64,000 nucleotides of DNA, taken from positions 139,810,001 through 139,874,000 of the forward strand of contig OX597818.1 of the NCBI GenBank assembly GCA_951406725.2, given 5' to 3'. The notes beneath the pieces are model-generated. The model ran no database searches. It was not told the origin of the DNA and saw nothing but the letters and a program-made list of their open reading frames with translations. Positions 1 through 12,110 of the stretch are shown here, piece after piece; position 1 is the stretch's first letter; each line of letters begins with the position of its first letter. The position numbers were made by a program, and so were the translations under genes. This DNA is from Octopus vulgaris (Eukaryota).

Positions 1-476
1 TTATTCATACCTAGCTCCACACAAAGGCATTCCAGCCATTATCATTGCGTCCTTTTAGGGTAAGAAGACTTAAACTATCAAATGCGGTGGTTCTTAACAT
101 GGACAGCAGTAAACCTAAGGAGCGTAGTAACCTGAAATATCAGCAAATATGAATAGAAAACTTTAGGGGCATTGAGTCTTTAGATAGATATGATTTTTTT
201 TTATTCACATAATATATTTGAGCCATGTAGAATAGCTAAAGATATTTAAACCAGATCTTATAGAAAAAATTATATTTTGAAGGTAATTTTCAAATAAACT
301 TTGTCAGGATTAAAATTTAATGAGAACATTGTGTTATTAGTGGGTAAAAATCTAATTTCCTTATATAAGTGATCACCTTCAAACAATTTCCATAAGAATT
401 TAACATAGCTGACATTAGTTCACTTGTACACGCAAATATTTAAAACGAAGCCCCAAAATGACGGGATACAAATATG

Positions 477-1690
477 CAGGGTGGGTGAAAAGTAAGAAGG
501 CATAAAAAATTGGAAATAAAATCCATATTCCTTCTACAAATTTATTGAAACAAATGATACATGTTCTTTATTACATGGGAAAATGAAAGTAGATCTTCAT
601 TTTTCAACTTAAACTCCGGTGGCAACAACCAGTTTCCTCAAACGGTCAAAGATGGAATGAACAACATCCTGAAGGACGTCATCTGGAATATCATTGAGTA
701 CCTCCTGAATCCGTGTCACCAAGTCCTCCAGTGTGCGAGGTTTTGTCTTGTACACCTCTTTTGTGCAACCCCATAGGTAAAAATTACATGGAGTAAGGTC
801 TGAAATTCCTGGAGGGCATTTGTGAGTTCCACGTTATCCCATGTGAAGTCCTGGAAAATGTTGTTCTAACCATGCACGCACAGTAAGAGTAAAATGGGGT
901 GGTGCACTATCCTGCATAAATATCAGGTCACCAATGCTATCTCAGCCAGTCACAGTAGGCCACAAATAGTTTTCGAGCATCTGCAGATAGCGGTCCGTAT
1001 TCACGATGTCACGCAGAAGCTATGGGCCGACAACTCTTGTTGCCGTAATTCCGCACCACACGGTCACTTTTGGTGGTACTTGCATCCTCTCAACCGTCAT
1101 GTTCGTATCCTTACCATCCGATGCCCAGTAATGGCAGTTGTGACGATTGATGAAAGCACCAGCATGGAATACAGCCTCGTCACTCCAGAGGATGTTTTCA
1201 AACAATTCAGGCCAATATTCATGCCAGCTTAGCCTTAATCCTCCGTATTCCATTCTGTGGTCACAGTTTCAGGTTTTAACTCCAGCACGAAATGAGATTT
1301 CCACGGACGAATATTCAATTCTGTATGCAATACAGTACGTATTTCATGTCTTTTTAGTACACTTTCACGAACTGCTAGCTATGTTGATTTTTGCGGGCTG
1401 TGATTAAACATTTCCGGCACTGTTGTCACGTTCCCCGCTGATGGAAATGTGGTTGAGGCCACTGCTTCTTGTATCGTTTACACAGCCCGTGGTCATCAGC
1501 TTTGCATGACAACTTTTTATTTTCTCTGGATGCATTGTTGTTTGCTTACCTTTCCATGCACGCCACCATCTCTGGACCAAAACAATGGAATTCCACACTT
1601 CATAGCTTACTGCTATCTTAGTTCGTTCCTGAACAGTCAAGCGACCGACCATCTGGTAAACAAGAAGTAAGAAATAAGACAATAAGAAAA
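477..1690 (-). mobile_element. Decayed Tc1/mariner DNA transposon, DD41D (rosa-type) family; 5' end lost at a SINE insertion
   Basis: One TIR-like end CAGGGTGGGTGAAAAGTAAG at 477-496. Minus-strand transposase remnant with HTH N-terminus (ERTKIAVSYEVWNSIVLVQRWWR), WSDEAVF..G.INRHN.HYWA, KVTVWCGI, FMQDSAPPH and DLTPCNFYLWG. Second TIR not found; the sequence runs into the SINE at 1710. Confidence 0.9.
597..1652 (-). pseudogene. DD41D transposase pseudogene
   Basis: Hand translation gives 41 residues between the QD aspartate and the PC(D>N) position. Several in-frame stops and frameshifts. Confidence 0.85.
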
Positions 1691-1709
1691 TAAATAAAAA
1701 ATCCCATTA

Positions 1710-2130
1710 GGCGCAGGAGTGGCTGTGTGGTAAGTAGCGTGTTTACCAACCACATGGTTCCGGGTTCAGTCCCACTGCGTGGCACCTTGGGCAAGTGTCT
1801 TCTACTATAGCCTCGGGCCGACCAAAGCCTTGTGAGTGGATTTGGTAGACGGAAACTGAAAGAAGCCAGTCGTATATATGTATATATATATATATATGCG
1901 TGTGTATGTTTGTGTGTCTGTGTTTGTTCCCCTAGCATTGCTTGACAACCGATGCTGGTGTGTTTACGTCCCCGTCACTTAGCGGTTCGGCAAAAGAGAC
2001 CGATAGAATAAGTACTGGGCTTACAAAAGAATAAGTCCCGGAATCGATTTGCTCGATTAAAGGTGGTGCTCCAGCATGGCCGCAGTCGAAATGACTGAAA
2101 CAAGTAAAAAGAAAAAGAAAAGAAAAAGAG
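1710..2130 (+). mobile_element. SINE family A (tRNA-like head, CORE-like segment, internal TA/TG microsatellite, RTE-like tail)
   Basis: A box TGGCTGTGTGG, B-box-like GGTTCAGTCCC, CORE-like ACCTTGGGCAAGT, tail GCTCCAGCATGGCCGCAGTC..GACTGAAACAAGTAAAA. Close copies at 3335-3733 and 19338-19746. Confidence 0.9.
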
Positions 2131-3229
2131 TTGTCTGATTAAAACTGCTTTCGTCATGACTTCAGTCATATTAAATATTTTGTAAGCAATTTCTAATGCC
2201 TAGTTACTTTCTAAACCACGCTGTAGATAAAAATGAATGCACAGATTTACCTTTTGCTTGATAAAAATGATGTTTTTTGTTGTTAGCAAAACGTTGGAAG
2301 AAACAATTTGCAAAATACCATTCAATGAAAAGGATCAATAAGCAATAAAGGTAGAACATTATTGATTTAATGTGACCTTTCCTTCTTTTAAAGGCAGTAA
2401 CGTATGATATTAGAAGATATAGCAGTTATTTCTGGCACGTCAGACTACTAAACCCTACTTCTTTCGATTGAATCGTAAGTCACGGTTTAATCTGCAGTTT
2501 TCCTATTCCAACAGACCCTTTATAGTGTAACGAAAATGCTAAGAGATTTGAATGTATTTGTAGGTTATAATTCCAACAAGTAAAATGTTTCCTGGAAATT
2601 ATGTGGTTTTAGTTCCTTTTATTTTACATTAATTTTATTTTTGTTTCAGTCTTTTTTACATATACTTATCTGGTATTTACAACCTGTGGCTTTTATTTTC
2701 TCTGTTTAGTTAGTAAACTATCCCTTAATTAAAATAAATTACTTCCGATTTGGCTTGATATTTAAAACGAAAACTACGCAAGGAGCAAAAGTCAGCAATT
2801 GTGAGCAATTTACTGTGCACACCTCGTCTACCACATGCTCTCTCTGTCCTCGTGTTTATGCGAGGAAGTTTATACCTTCTCTCTTTCTCTCTCTCGCGCT
2901 CTCTCACTTCTCTTTCACTTCCTTATTGTCTCTCCTCCTCCTTCCTCCGTTTCTCTGGGTCATTTTCTCATTTTCTATATTCAATTTCTCACAAAGAGCG
3001 CTCATTCATACAGACAAAATTATTTTCCCAGCAATGTTAAAGACGCTAATAATAAAATCTGCTAAAAGGACACCAAAAATTAAACGGTAACACCGGATCA
3101 GCCATTTAATATAACTACATTCACTAGACGTTCATATATATACATATACACCGATTCTCGTTGACACAACATACTTATAGACTGCTAGAGCTATACATAC
3201 ACCGGTGCGCTCACGCAAAATGTAATACG

Positions 3230-3950
3230 AATATTTCTACACACACTGGGATAATATATCAATATACACACAACACAAGTACATTAATGCACAAATGTAT
3301 ATACACACAACACAAGCACCTCAATGCACGTATCTCTCTTTTTCTCTTTTACTTGTTTCAGTCATTTGACTGCGGCCATGCTGGAGCACCGCCTTTAGTC
3401 GAGCAAATCGACCCCGGGACTTATTCTTTGTAAGCCCAGTACTTATTCTATCGGTCTCTTTTGCCGAACCGCTAAGTTACGGGGACGTAAACATACCACC
3501 ATCAGTTGTCAAGCAATGCTAGGGGGACAAACACACACACACAAACACACATATATATATATATATACATATATACGACAGGCTTCTTTCAGTTTCCGTC
3601 TACCAAATCCACTCACAAGGCATTGGTCGGCCCGGGGCTATAGCAGAAGACACTTGCCCAAGGTGCCACGCAGTGGGACTGAACCCAGAACCATGTGGTT
3701 AGTTAGCAAGCTACTTACCACACAGCCACTCCTGTATATAAACTCAACACAAGAGCATCAATAAACGATGGTATATATACTTAACACAAGCAAAATGTAT
3801 ATACACTCAACACAAGCACATTATACAGAAAACAAGTGAATTAAACACAAATATATACACACAATACAAGTGCATCAACGCACAAATGTATATATGCACA
3901 CGATACAACCGGATTAAGACACAAATATATATATACACAAAACAAGCATC
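3230..3950. repeat. Degenerate ~37-bp minisatellite interrupted by a SINE A copy
   Basis: Units like ATATACACACAACACAAGCACATTAATGCACAAATGT recur on both sides of the SINE at 3335-3733. Confidence 0.7.
3335..3733 (-). mobile_element. SINE family A copy
   Basis: Reverse complement of 1710-2110 over nearly its full length. Confidence 0.9.
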
Positions 3951-3954
3951 TTCT

Positions 3955-4126
3955 TTTCTTTTCTACTCTAGGCACAAGGCCAGAAAGTTTGGGGAAGGAG
4001 GCCAGTCGATTAGATCGACTCCAGTACGCAACTGGTACTTAATTTATCGACCTCGAAAGGATGAAAGGCAAAGTTGACCTCGGCGGAATTTGAACTCAGA
4101 TCGTAAAGAAATACCGCTAGGCATTT
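3955..4126 (-). mobile_element. SINE family B (Meta-domain-like core), older tail type, 5' truncated
   Basis: Core GAGTTCAAATTCCGCCGAGGTC..CTTTGCCTTTCATCCTTTCG.GGTCGATAAATTAAGTACCAG; tail CTTCCCCAAACTTTCTGGCCTTGTGCCTAGAGTAGAAAAG. Confidence 0.85.
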
Positions 4127-4607
4127 AGTGCATGCAACATCAGCAGAGTAATATGCAAAGTGTGTGTGTGTTTGCGCGTGTCTGTGTGTGTGTGTGTGCG
4201 TGTGTGTGTGTGTGTGCGTGTGTGTGTGTGTGCATGCGTGCAATAGAAACAATTCATTATACGTCAATTTATTCTAGTTTCATCATTCAGTGCATAATTT
4301 GACATTCATTAGAGTTAGGTTGCTTAGTCCACGAGATTTTTAAGTGTTAATATTGAAAACTTTCGTTATAGCATAATAAGGAAAGACAGGATGGATCAGA
4401 AATCTTAAGGGATGAAAACAAATTATTTCCCTTTGAATGCACTTAAAAACTTTTTAAATACTCATAAATAGTAGTGGGATAACAGGCAGAAAATATGCAA
4501 AGAAAAAATTGAATTCGAAATAAAATAAGGGGATAAAGAAATATACCGGGTTCAAAGAAGAAAGACCAGGAGAAAAGTGGAAAAACGGGATCAAAATGAA
4601 GGTGCAA

Positions 4608-4768
4608 TATCCATCCATCCATCCATCCATCCATCCATCCATCCATCCATCCATCCATCCATCCATCCATCCATCCATCCATCCATCCATCCATCCATCC
4701 ATCCATCCATCCATCCATCCATCCATCCATCCATCCATCCATCCATCCATCCATCCATCCATCCATTC

Positions 4769-4811
<43 letters not shown>

Positions 4812-4830
4812 AATCTATCTATCTATCCAT
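4608..4830. repeat. (ATCC)n then (ATCT)n microsatellite
   Basis: Read directly from the sequence. Confidence 0.98.
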
Positions 4831-4840
4831 ATATTACTAC

Positions 4841-5175
4841 GGCACTCCGTCGGTTACGACGACGAGGGTTCCAGTTGATACAATCAACGGAACATCCTGC
4901 TCGTGAGATTAACTAACGTTGTTCTTGTTGAGATTCAGCATGGCACAGTGTGTGACAAGGCTGGCCCTTTGAAATACAGGTACAACAGAAACAGGAGGAC
5001 AGAGTTAGAGAAAGTTTTGGTGAAAGAGTACAGCAGGGCTCGCCACCCGCCCCTGCCTTATGGAGCCTATAAGTGTTTTCGCCCAATAAACACTCACAAT
5101 GCCCAGTCTGGGAATCGAAACCGCCATACTATGACCGCGAGTCCACTTCCCTAACCACAGGGTTATTGCGCCTCC
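4841..5175 (-). mobile_element. SINE family C (tRNA-derived head), internally deleted copy
   Basis: Homologous to 6856-7241 and 57838-58222; tail CCCTCGTCGTCGTAACCGACGGAGTGC. Confidence 0.88.
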
Positions 5176-5219
<44 letters not shown>

Positions 5220-6149
5220 CACTCCGCACAAATCAGCACTGACCACTTCTCAACACCCATACCATCATCAACACACCCACACATTACAGAGGCACACACA
5301 TATCAACAGGTCAAAGTTACCAGCCCGTATCCATTCGCACACACACACTCTGACACGCATACACACACGCGCGTCTTTGTTTTGGGATTACCAATACTTT
5401 ATTATCTCCCCTTCTTGCACCATGTAGGGTTGGATCAACCTGTGGTCCGGTCTATAGTTGTTAAGTATCGAATAGGATATTCTGGTTGTGTACACAGAGA
5501 AAAATCAGCCTTTGAGTATTTAGCTGCTAGAGGCTGGTCTAAAGCAAGCGTTACGTTCAATTCTACGTTGTTGGTACACTCTTGGTTGTCCGACAAATCT
5601 TAAATCCCCTCGGTGTATTATAATCAAATGAATAATAACAGGCGATGGATAATTGTCATATATTGTCATATACAGGTTAGAGCCGCTACCTTCTGACCAT
5701 TTTAAATATGATTGGGGCATATTAGAGTGTATCCAAAGCAGATTTGAACTGGTAAGATATATATAATTGTTAATCACCAAATGAAAGTGGCTGTTCTAAG
5801 TTACTACTAGTTCAACTGCAGACTGAACTCCACCCAGTTGGTTATCGGTGTGGTGCTGCACCCTGTATATACAATATACATTCCTAGGAAGGGGTGCGAA
5901 TCCCTGCCATTCTCTAGTAGACAACAAGATCGTGAGACTGACTCAGTTTCGAGTTGGTTGGCTTATCTCCAGTTACGTGTACCTGGTCACCAGAGTGATA
6001 GCCAGTGTCTGATCCAGCCAGCAATATATTGTAAACAAAGTGACCATCGGTCACTGATTAGCAACAAGCAAAATAGTTAGTAGTAAAATCTCAAGAAGAA
6101 ATCAGGGTGGCGATTAACTTTATAATATTAAGTAGCCATCACTGTTGGT

Positions 6150-6225
6150 CTTACCAATCGGTTTCGCGCAAGAATACAATGAAGTGTTAGGTAAAGATTG
6201 AATTATATAATTACGCTAATCAGAG
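6150..6225 (-). ncRNA. Degenerate type-I hammerhead ribozyme-like motif (G8U) in a probable Penelope-like repeat remnant
   Basis: Minus strand: ct CUGAUUA gcguaa..(long loop)..uugcgc GAAA cc gauu gg UA ag. Stems II and III pair, stem I is only 2 bp, and G8 is mutated. Confidence 0.45.
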
Positions 6226-6855
6226 GTAGTCGATATGGAAGGGAACATGGTGACTGCTCTCTATTGTCGGATGTGGATGGATTAGCACCACCCGCCGGCG
6301 GCTGCTTTGAAAAATGTAGTGAAAGTAAAAATGGGCCAGGGAATTTGGCTATGAGTTATGTCCCTTGGTTGGGTAAGTTGTGAAGACGGCAACACTTATC
6401 TTGAAGTGGAGAAAGTGTGTATTATTAATTTGGTGTCCCAGCGGTGATGGCGTGTGTGGTATGTGTTCACGTTCGTACGTGCAGGTATGCGTGCGCGTAT
6501 GTATGTGTGTGTGTGGGGGGGTTCTTTCGTTTTGAAGCTGATGATTCAATGCATCGCTAAACATTTTTCTTCCTGTGAGAGACACTTTAGGCGAGAAGAT
6601 TTTTTTCAGTTTTGTGAGTATGTGCTTATGTATTTGCATGTATATGCATGTGTGTGTACGCGTGCGTGCGTGTGTGTGTGTGTGTGTGCATGTGTTTGTG
6701 TATGTATTTCACTAAAAACACAACTGCCTCAATGTTTTTCATAATCCATATTCAACCCTTTACAATTTGTTTTGGATCAGTACATTTCCTAGAGCCCTCA
6801 TCTATTTAATATAACTTCACAATGTTATCTCCAGCGGCTGATGTTGATGGATATT

Positions 6856-7241
6856 GAATGAATGGAAGCACTCCGTCGGTTACGACGACGAGGGTTCCGG
6901 TTGATCCGAATCAACGGAACAGCCTGCTCATGAAATTAACGTGTAAGTGGCTGAGCACTCCACAGACACGTGTACCCTTAACGTAGTTCTCGGGGATATT
7001 CAGCGTGACACAGATAGTGACAAGGCCGGCCATTTGAAATACAGGTACAACAGAAACAGGAAGAAAGAGTGAGAGAAGGTTGTGGTGAAAGAGTACAGCA
7101 GGGATCACCACCATCCCTGCCAGAGCCTTGTGGAGCTTTAGGTGTTTTCGCTCAATAAACACTCACAACGCCCGGTCTGAGAATCGAAACCGCGATCCTA
7201 CGACCGCGAGTCCGCTGCCCTAACCACGGGGCCATTGCGCC
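6856..7241 (-). mobile_element. SINE family C, near full length, with 12-bp target-site duplication
   Basis: Head GGCGCAATGGCCCCGTGGTTAGGGCAGCGGACTCGCGG..GGTTTCGATTC; (ATTC)n tail; TSD TTGATGGATATT at 6844-6855 and 7242-7253. Confidence 0.93.
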
Positions 7242-7823
7242 TTGATGGATATTATGTCATTTGATAAAAAGCTAGGTCACTAGGACTGGTGTTTAGTAAA
7301 TGTTTTCCTTACCATCAATCTTGTTACATGGTAAGCTGAATCTATTTCGTTGTATTTCAGTAGTCAAGTTGTAGCTTTTGCTTCTGCAATAAATTTGTGT
7401 CAAATACATTTTTTTTTTTGCCTTGCTGTTCTTTTAATATCTCTTCCATAATTATTTTTTTCTTCTTTCGCACTAACTTTCTCATGAATGTTTATATATT
7501 TATTTATTGTGTGTAGAATAGTACAAAATTGTTTCTTCGTTGCAAGTTTTATGTGTTGTGTAAATGTTGTACACTACAATTGTTTGTCTCATAAATGTTC
7601 TCAAGAGCTCACGGGTAATTATTGTTTACGTTCGGTCAAAGTAACAATTACAGTCGAAAAGATTACAGTTTTGCGGCGAAATGTCTAATTTACGTTGGTC
7701 ATTGGCAGAACACTCAAATATTTCTATTTTATATTTATTTTGCTTTTTAAGCATTTTCTTCTTAATTTTATTTCAATGATTATTATATTTCACTTCAATA
7801 AGTGCACAGCCACACACAAGTGT

Positions 7824-8050
7824 GGAGGCACATGGCCTAGTGGTTAGGGCAGCGGACTCGCGGTCGAGGGATCGTGGGTTCGAATCTCAGACCGGGCGAT
7901 GTGTATGTGTTTATGAGCGAAACACCTAAGCTCCACGCGGCTCCGGCAGAAGGTAATGGCGAACTTCTGCTGACTCTTTCGCAACAACTTTCTCTCACTC
8001 TTTCCTCCTGCATCTTGCAGCTCACTTGCGACGGACATATCCTGTGACAG
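7824..8050 (+). mobile_element. SINE family C variant (same head, third body/tail type)
   Basis: GGAGGCACATGGCCTAGTGGTTAGGGCAGCGGACTCGCGGTCG..GGTTCGAATCTC; diverges from other C copies after CAACTTTCTCTCACTCT. Confidence 0.85.
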
Positions 8051-8810
8051 GTATCTCTTCTCCATCCTGATCTAGGATAGTCCTTGTGATTTGGAAATAT
8101 TGTAGAGTGATGTGGGGCTATCATATCATTTGTGCATTTTTCCTTTGGGTTGAACTCGACCAAACTTCGTCTTTCCCCTGGTTTTTCTGGGACGGTTGGG
8201 CAGGTCTTTTTAAAAGTATTTGAGTTGCTGTATTTTCCGTTTTTGTGGGAGCGTTTTGTGCCAGCGTTCTTTTGGCCAGGCTTCTACAAGAGTGTGCTCC
8301 TCCCCCACGACCGCCTCCATGGTGTCATGTGGGGGAGTTGTACTTTTACTGTAAGGTGCCGTCGACGTTGAGGGGGTGGGTATTTTTGTTATTATCGGGA
8401 TTGGTGTGTGCGTGGGTTGGAGGTTTTAGAATATTTGTTTGGGGAGTTCTGTGGGCACCACAGTTGGGGAACGGGTGTCTTTGCTAGTCTAGGGGCTGGT
8501 GTATGTGTGGGGTTTGGAAGTAGTTTTTGGGGTTTGTATGGGGTCAGGTGTATGTGTATTCACAGAAGTTTGAGCCTTTTACATTCTCTTCCTTTTTTCC
8601 TGTTTTAAGGAAACGGTAGCGTATTTTCACTTATGGAGTAAAACAAACTCGGGAAGAAGACTTAGAAAGTATACATGCCACAACAAAAGAATATTAACAT
8701 ATATTGTGTGCCGTAGTACTGAGTGGACATGAATGCTTAAAGAGGTAAAACGCCCGGATCTATGTAATCCTTATTTTCCTTCGCGCAAACACGCGTGCGA
8801 GCGCACACAT

Positions 8811-9115
8811 ACCTATTCCTTTATTACCCACAAGGGGCTAAACATAGAGGGGACAAACAAGGACAGACATAGGTATTAAGTCGATTATATCGACCCCAGT
8901 GCCTAACTGGTACTTAATTTATCGACCCCGAAAGGATGAAAGGCAAAGTCGACCTCATGAAAGAGTACAACAGGGATCACCACCCCCTACCGGAGCCTCG
9001 TGGAGCTTTAAGGTGTTTTCGCTCAATAAACACACACAACGCCCGGTCTGGGAATCGAAACCGCGATCCTACGACCGTGAGTTTGCTGCCCTAACCACTA
9101 GGCCATTGCGCCTCC
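8811..9115 (-). mobile_element. Chimeric SINE: family C head (9115-8958) joined to family B core and young tail (8956-8811)
   Basis: Co-oriented junction at about 8957 (+ strand GTCGACCTC|A|TGAAAGAGTAC). Confidence 0.8.
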
Positions 9116-9548
9116 GCAGTAATGTCATACGCTGACATATTCATTCATACATACATGCATGCGTATGTAAGTAAGAAGTCGAACCAGGATTTCAGAACAA
9201 CTTTTATATACGTTAATTTTTTTTTTTTTGGGACGACTGTTTCTAACTACATTAAGGGGAAATGATTCCTAGTGAAAAAATTCGTAACGATTGTTCTTGA
9301 AAATATCGATGATGCTCTGATACCTCAAAATACTAAACCTTTTCTTTTTAGATTACTTTATCGATAGAGTCAGCTACATGCAATATGATTTGAAACAATT
9401 GTAGTGAATATCAAAGTCGTTCTAAATTCCTTCAGCTTTTTCTGCTTGTTTTTACTTAGATTTTAAGCCAGCCTTCGAAGTACTAACTCATTGGTTTTAC
9501 AATTATGTGTATGTGTGTGTGTGGATGTGTGTGTGTGTGTGTGTGAGG

Positions 9549-9585
<37 letters not shown>

Positions 9586-10116
9586 CGTGCGTCTATACAT
9601 ATCATGAACACAAGCTTGAGTTGAGTACAAGACATTTGACACGATGACGACATCTCAATTTTCGGTACTGATTTAGTCGAAGATATAGTTGAGCAGATTA
9701 TGAAATACATTATAGAAATTAGATTTCCGTAATACTTTGAAGAAACTCATTTCTTCTAACGAAAGTTATCGCTGTAGAATCCAAAAGCGAAGGTGATTAT
9801 ATGCTTATATACCGTAGTATATCAACTTCAGTGTTCTTACACTTATGCTGATTCTCCGTGCTTGTGAATAAGTACAACTGTCGCGGAATATAACATTGTA
9901 TATTCTATGTCTCAACACGTAATGGTAACTAGTTATGTTTTTGTTGATGCTTAGACACTGAAAAAAATAGACGGATGATCAAAACTATTTCAGTAGCCAT
10001 CGTTTCATCCTTCCGTACATCACTTGATTCACTTTTCTAATAAGACAACCAGTATTAACTACAGTAGGATGTGGACTGAGGGAGATTTATTTCCCATTTT
10101 TAACACATCATTCATA

Positions 10117-10322
10117 CCATATACGCCAGCGTATAAGAAGCGCTTTCATATTCTTAAATGTAGCAAAAAGTTGCCTTGCTTCTAATGCAACCGTATTACG
10201 GATGGGATTGCCAGTGTATGACTATACAATGGCCGAATTAACATTTTTTTCTCCACAAAATACACATGTTAAATAAGGGTGCGTGTTATGCAAGATTGCG
10301 ATTCATACGCTGACAAATAGCG
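10117..10322. mobile_element. Possible old Tc2/pogo-type MITE
   Basis: TA|CCATATACGCCAGCGTATAAGAAGCG at the left end and the imperfect inverse GCGATTCATACGCTGACAAATAGCG|TA at the right end. Confidence 0.45.
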
Positions 10323-11001
10323 TAGTTGAATGCATATCCTGAAGCATGAATATTAGGAGAAAATGATACTGCCAAACATCTTGTCCGGCTTATAGTCTTC
10401 GGAAATAAACATTGCATCAATTCCCGAATAAACAGTTTTGATTTAAGAGATGTCAATTCATATAGCCCACACGACTGTATTACTGGTGATCAAGTTCATA
10501 ATACTTGAGAAAAATTTAAAAAATTAAAGCTTCTTACAGCTGGATTTGATCCTAATATGTACATAGAAGCAATTGAATAATAGAGTAATAAGAGTCGAAC
10601 GTTAGTTTATCGTTTATGTCATTCGTAAATATATAACGTCGACTACATTACCAAATACATTACCAAATAATTTCACCTACAAGTTTGCTTCAAACTACTT
10701 TCTGCATCATATTTAACAAAGGCAATTAGAACACCAATTAATCATGTTTGTCAAAGTGCTTGTCATTCAGTATACTTCAAAGTGTCTTCAAAGTGTCTGA
10801 TGGAGAACTGTACGCAGGAAATAAACAGAGCCAGGTAATGGAGTTATATTTCAACTTATACGCACGGTTGAAGATTAGACGTACAGATTAATATCACCAG
10901 TAGCCGAGATTTTGGTTGAAACGTACTTGCTGACGGAATAAGCATTAATTCAACAGTTTCGAAGATTTCCTACAATTGTACTTATTTATAGAATTTGCAC
11001 C

Positions 11002-11277
<276 letters not shown>

Positions 11278-11912
11278 TGTAAGTATAAGTATGAATAACA
11301 TATTTGTGCTATTCTGCATGTGCACATACGTACCGAATCACATAATTCATGCAAAAAAAACAAAAAACATAAACAACTTTTTATTGCAAATATGTTTAAA
11401 ATATGTTTTATGGTTTTATATACGATAACAACATGCATCACATGCATATTGAAATAAAAAAAATGAAAATAAGATCATATTTCTCTTTAAATTTTTGTGA
11501 GTTGTACATTTGACAAAGCTATATCTGATTGTACTCTCCCTAACTGATGATCATCCTTCATCACTGTAGCTACAATGTTCTTCTATTTAGCATGACAAAT
11601 TATGATTTGAAAGAGATTGACGTAATTTCCATAAAGTTATTTCCATAATATGTGTATTAACTATCTATGTACATACATATATTCACCATATTCCATCTCA
11701 ATCTATATGTGTAGTTTGACAGTATTATCTTTAATCTGATATTCCCTTTATATTTTGTTAAACCGTCCTAATCCCGCCCTTTGCTATACTTACCCCACTT
11801 CTTACCCTCACCTTTCTTTTTTTGGCCTCTCCCTTTCATACATACACACACTCACGCACACACACATATATACACATACATACATACATTCATACTTACA
11901 TACCTACATACC

Positions 11913-12110
11913 TATGTATGTATATACGTATGCACGTAGGTAGGTATGTATATAAATATATATATATGTGTATGCATGTATATTTATATATATGCATATA
12001 TATATATATATATATATGCATATATATAAATATACATGCATACACACACATATATATATATATATATTTATATACATACCTACCTACGTACATACGTATA
12101 TACATACATA
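11913..12110. repeat. Near-perfect ~200-bp palindrome centred on a (TA)n run
   Basis: Left arm ATATACGTATGCACGTAGGTAGGTATGTATATAAATAT..ATGCATGTATATTTATATATATGC is mirrored by right arm GCATATATATAAATATACATGCAT..ATATTTATATACATACCTACCTACGTACATACGTATAT. Confidence 0.9.

Noticed and set aside
7824-7900. tRNA-like sequence with A and B boxes (also the heads of families A and C)
   Set aside because: No proper acceptor stem, and it continues into SINE body sequence found in many copies; SINE heads, not tRNA genes.
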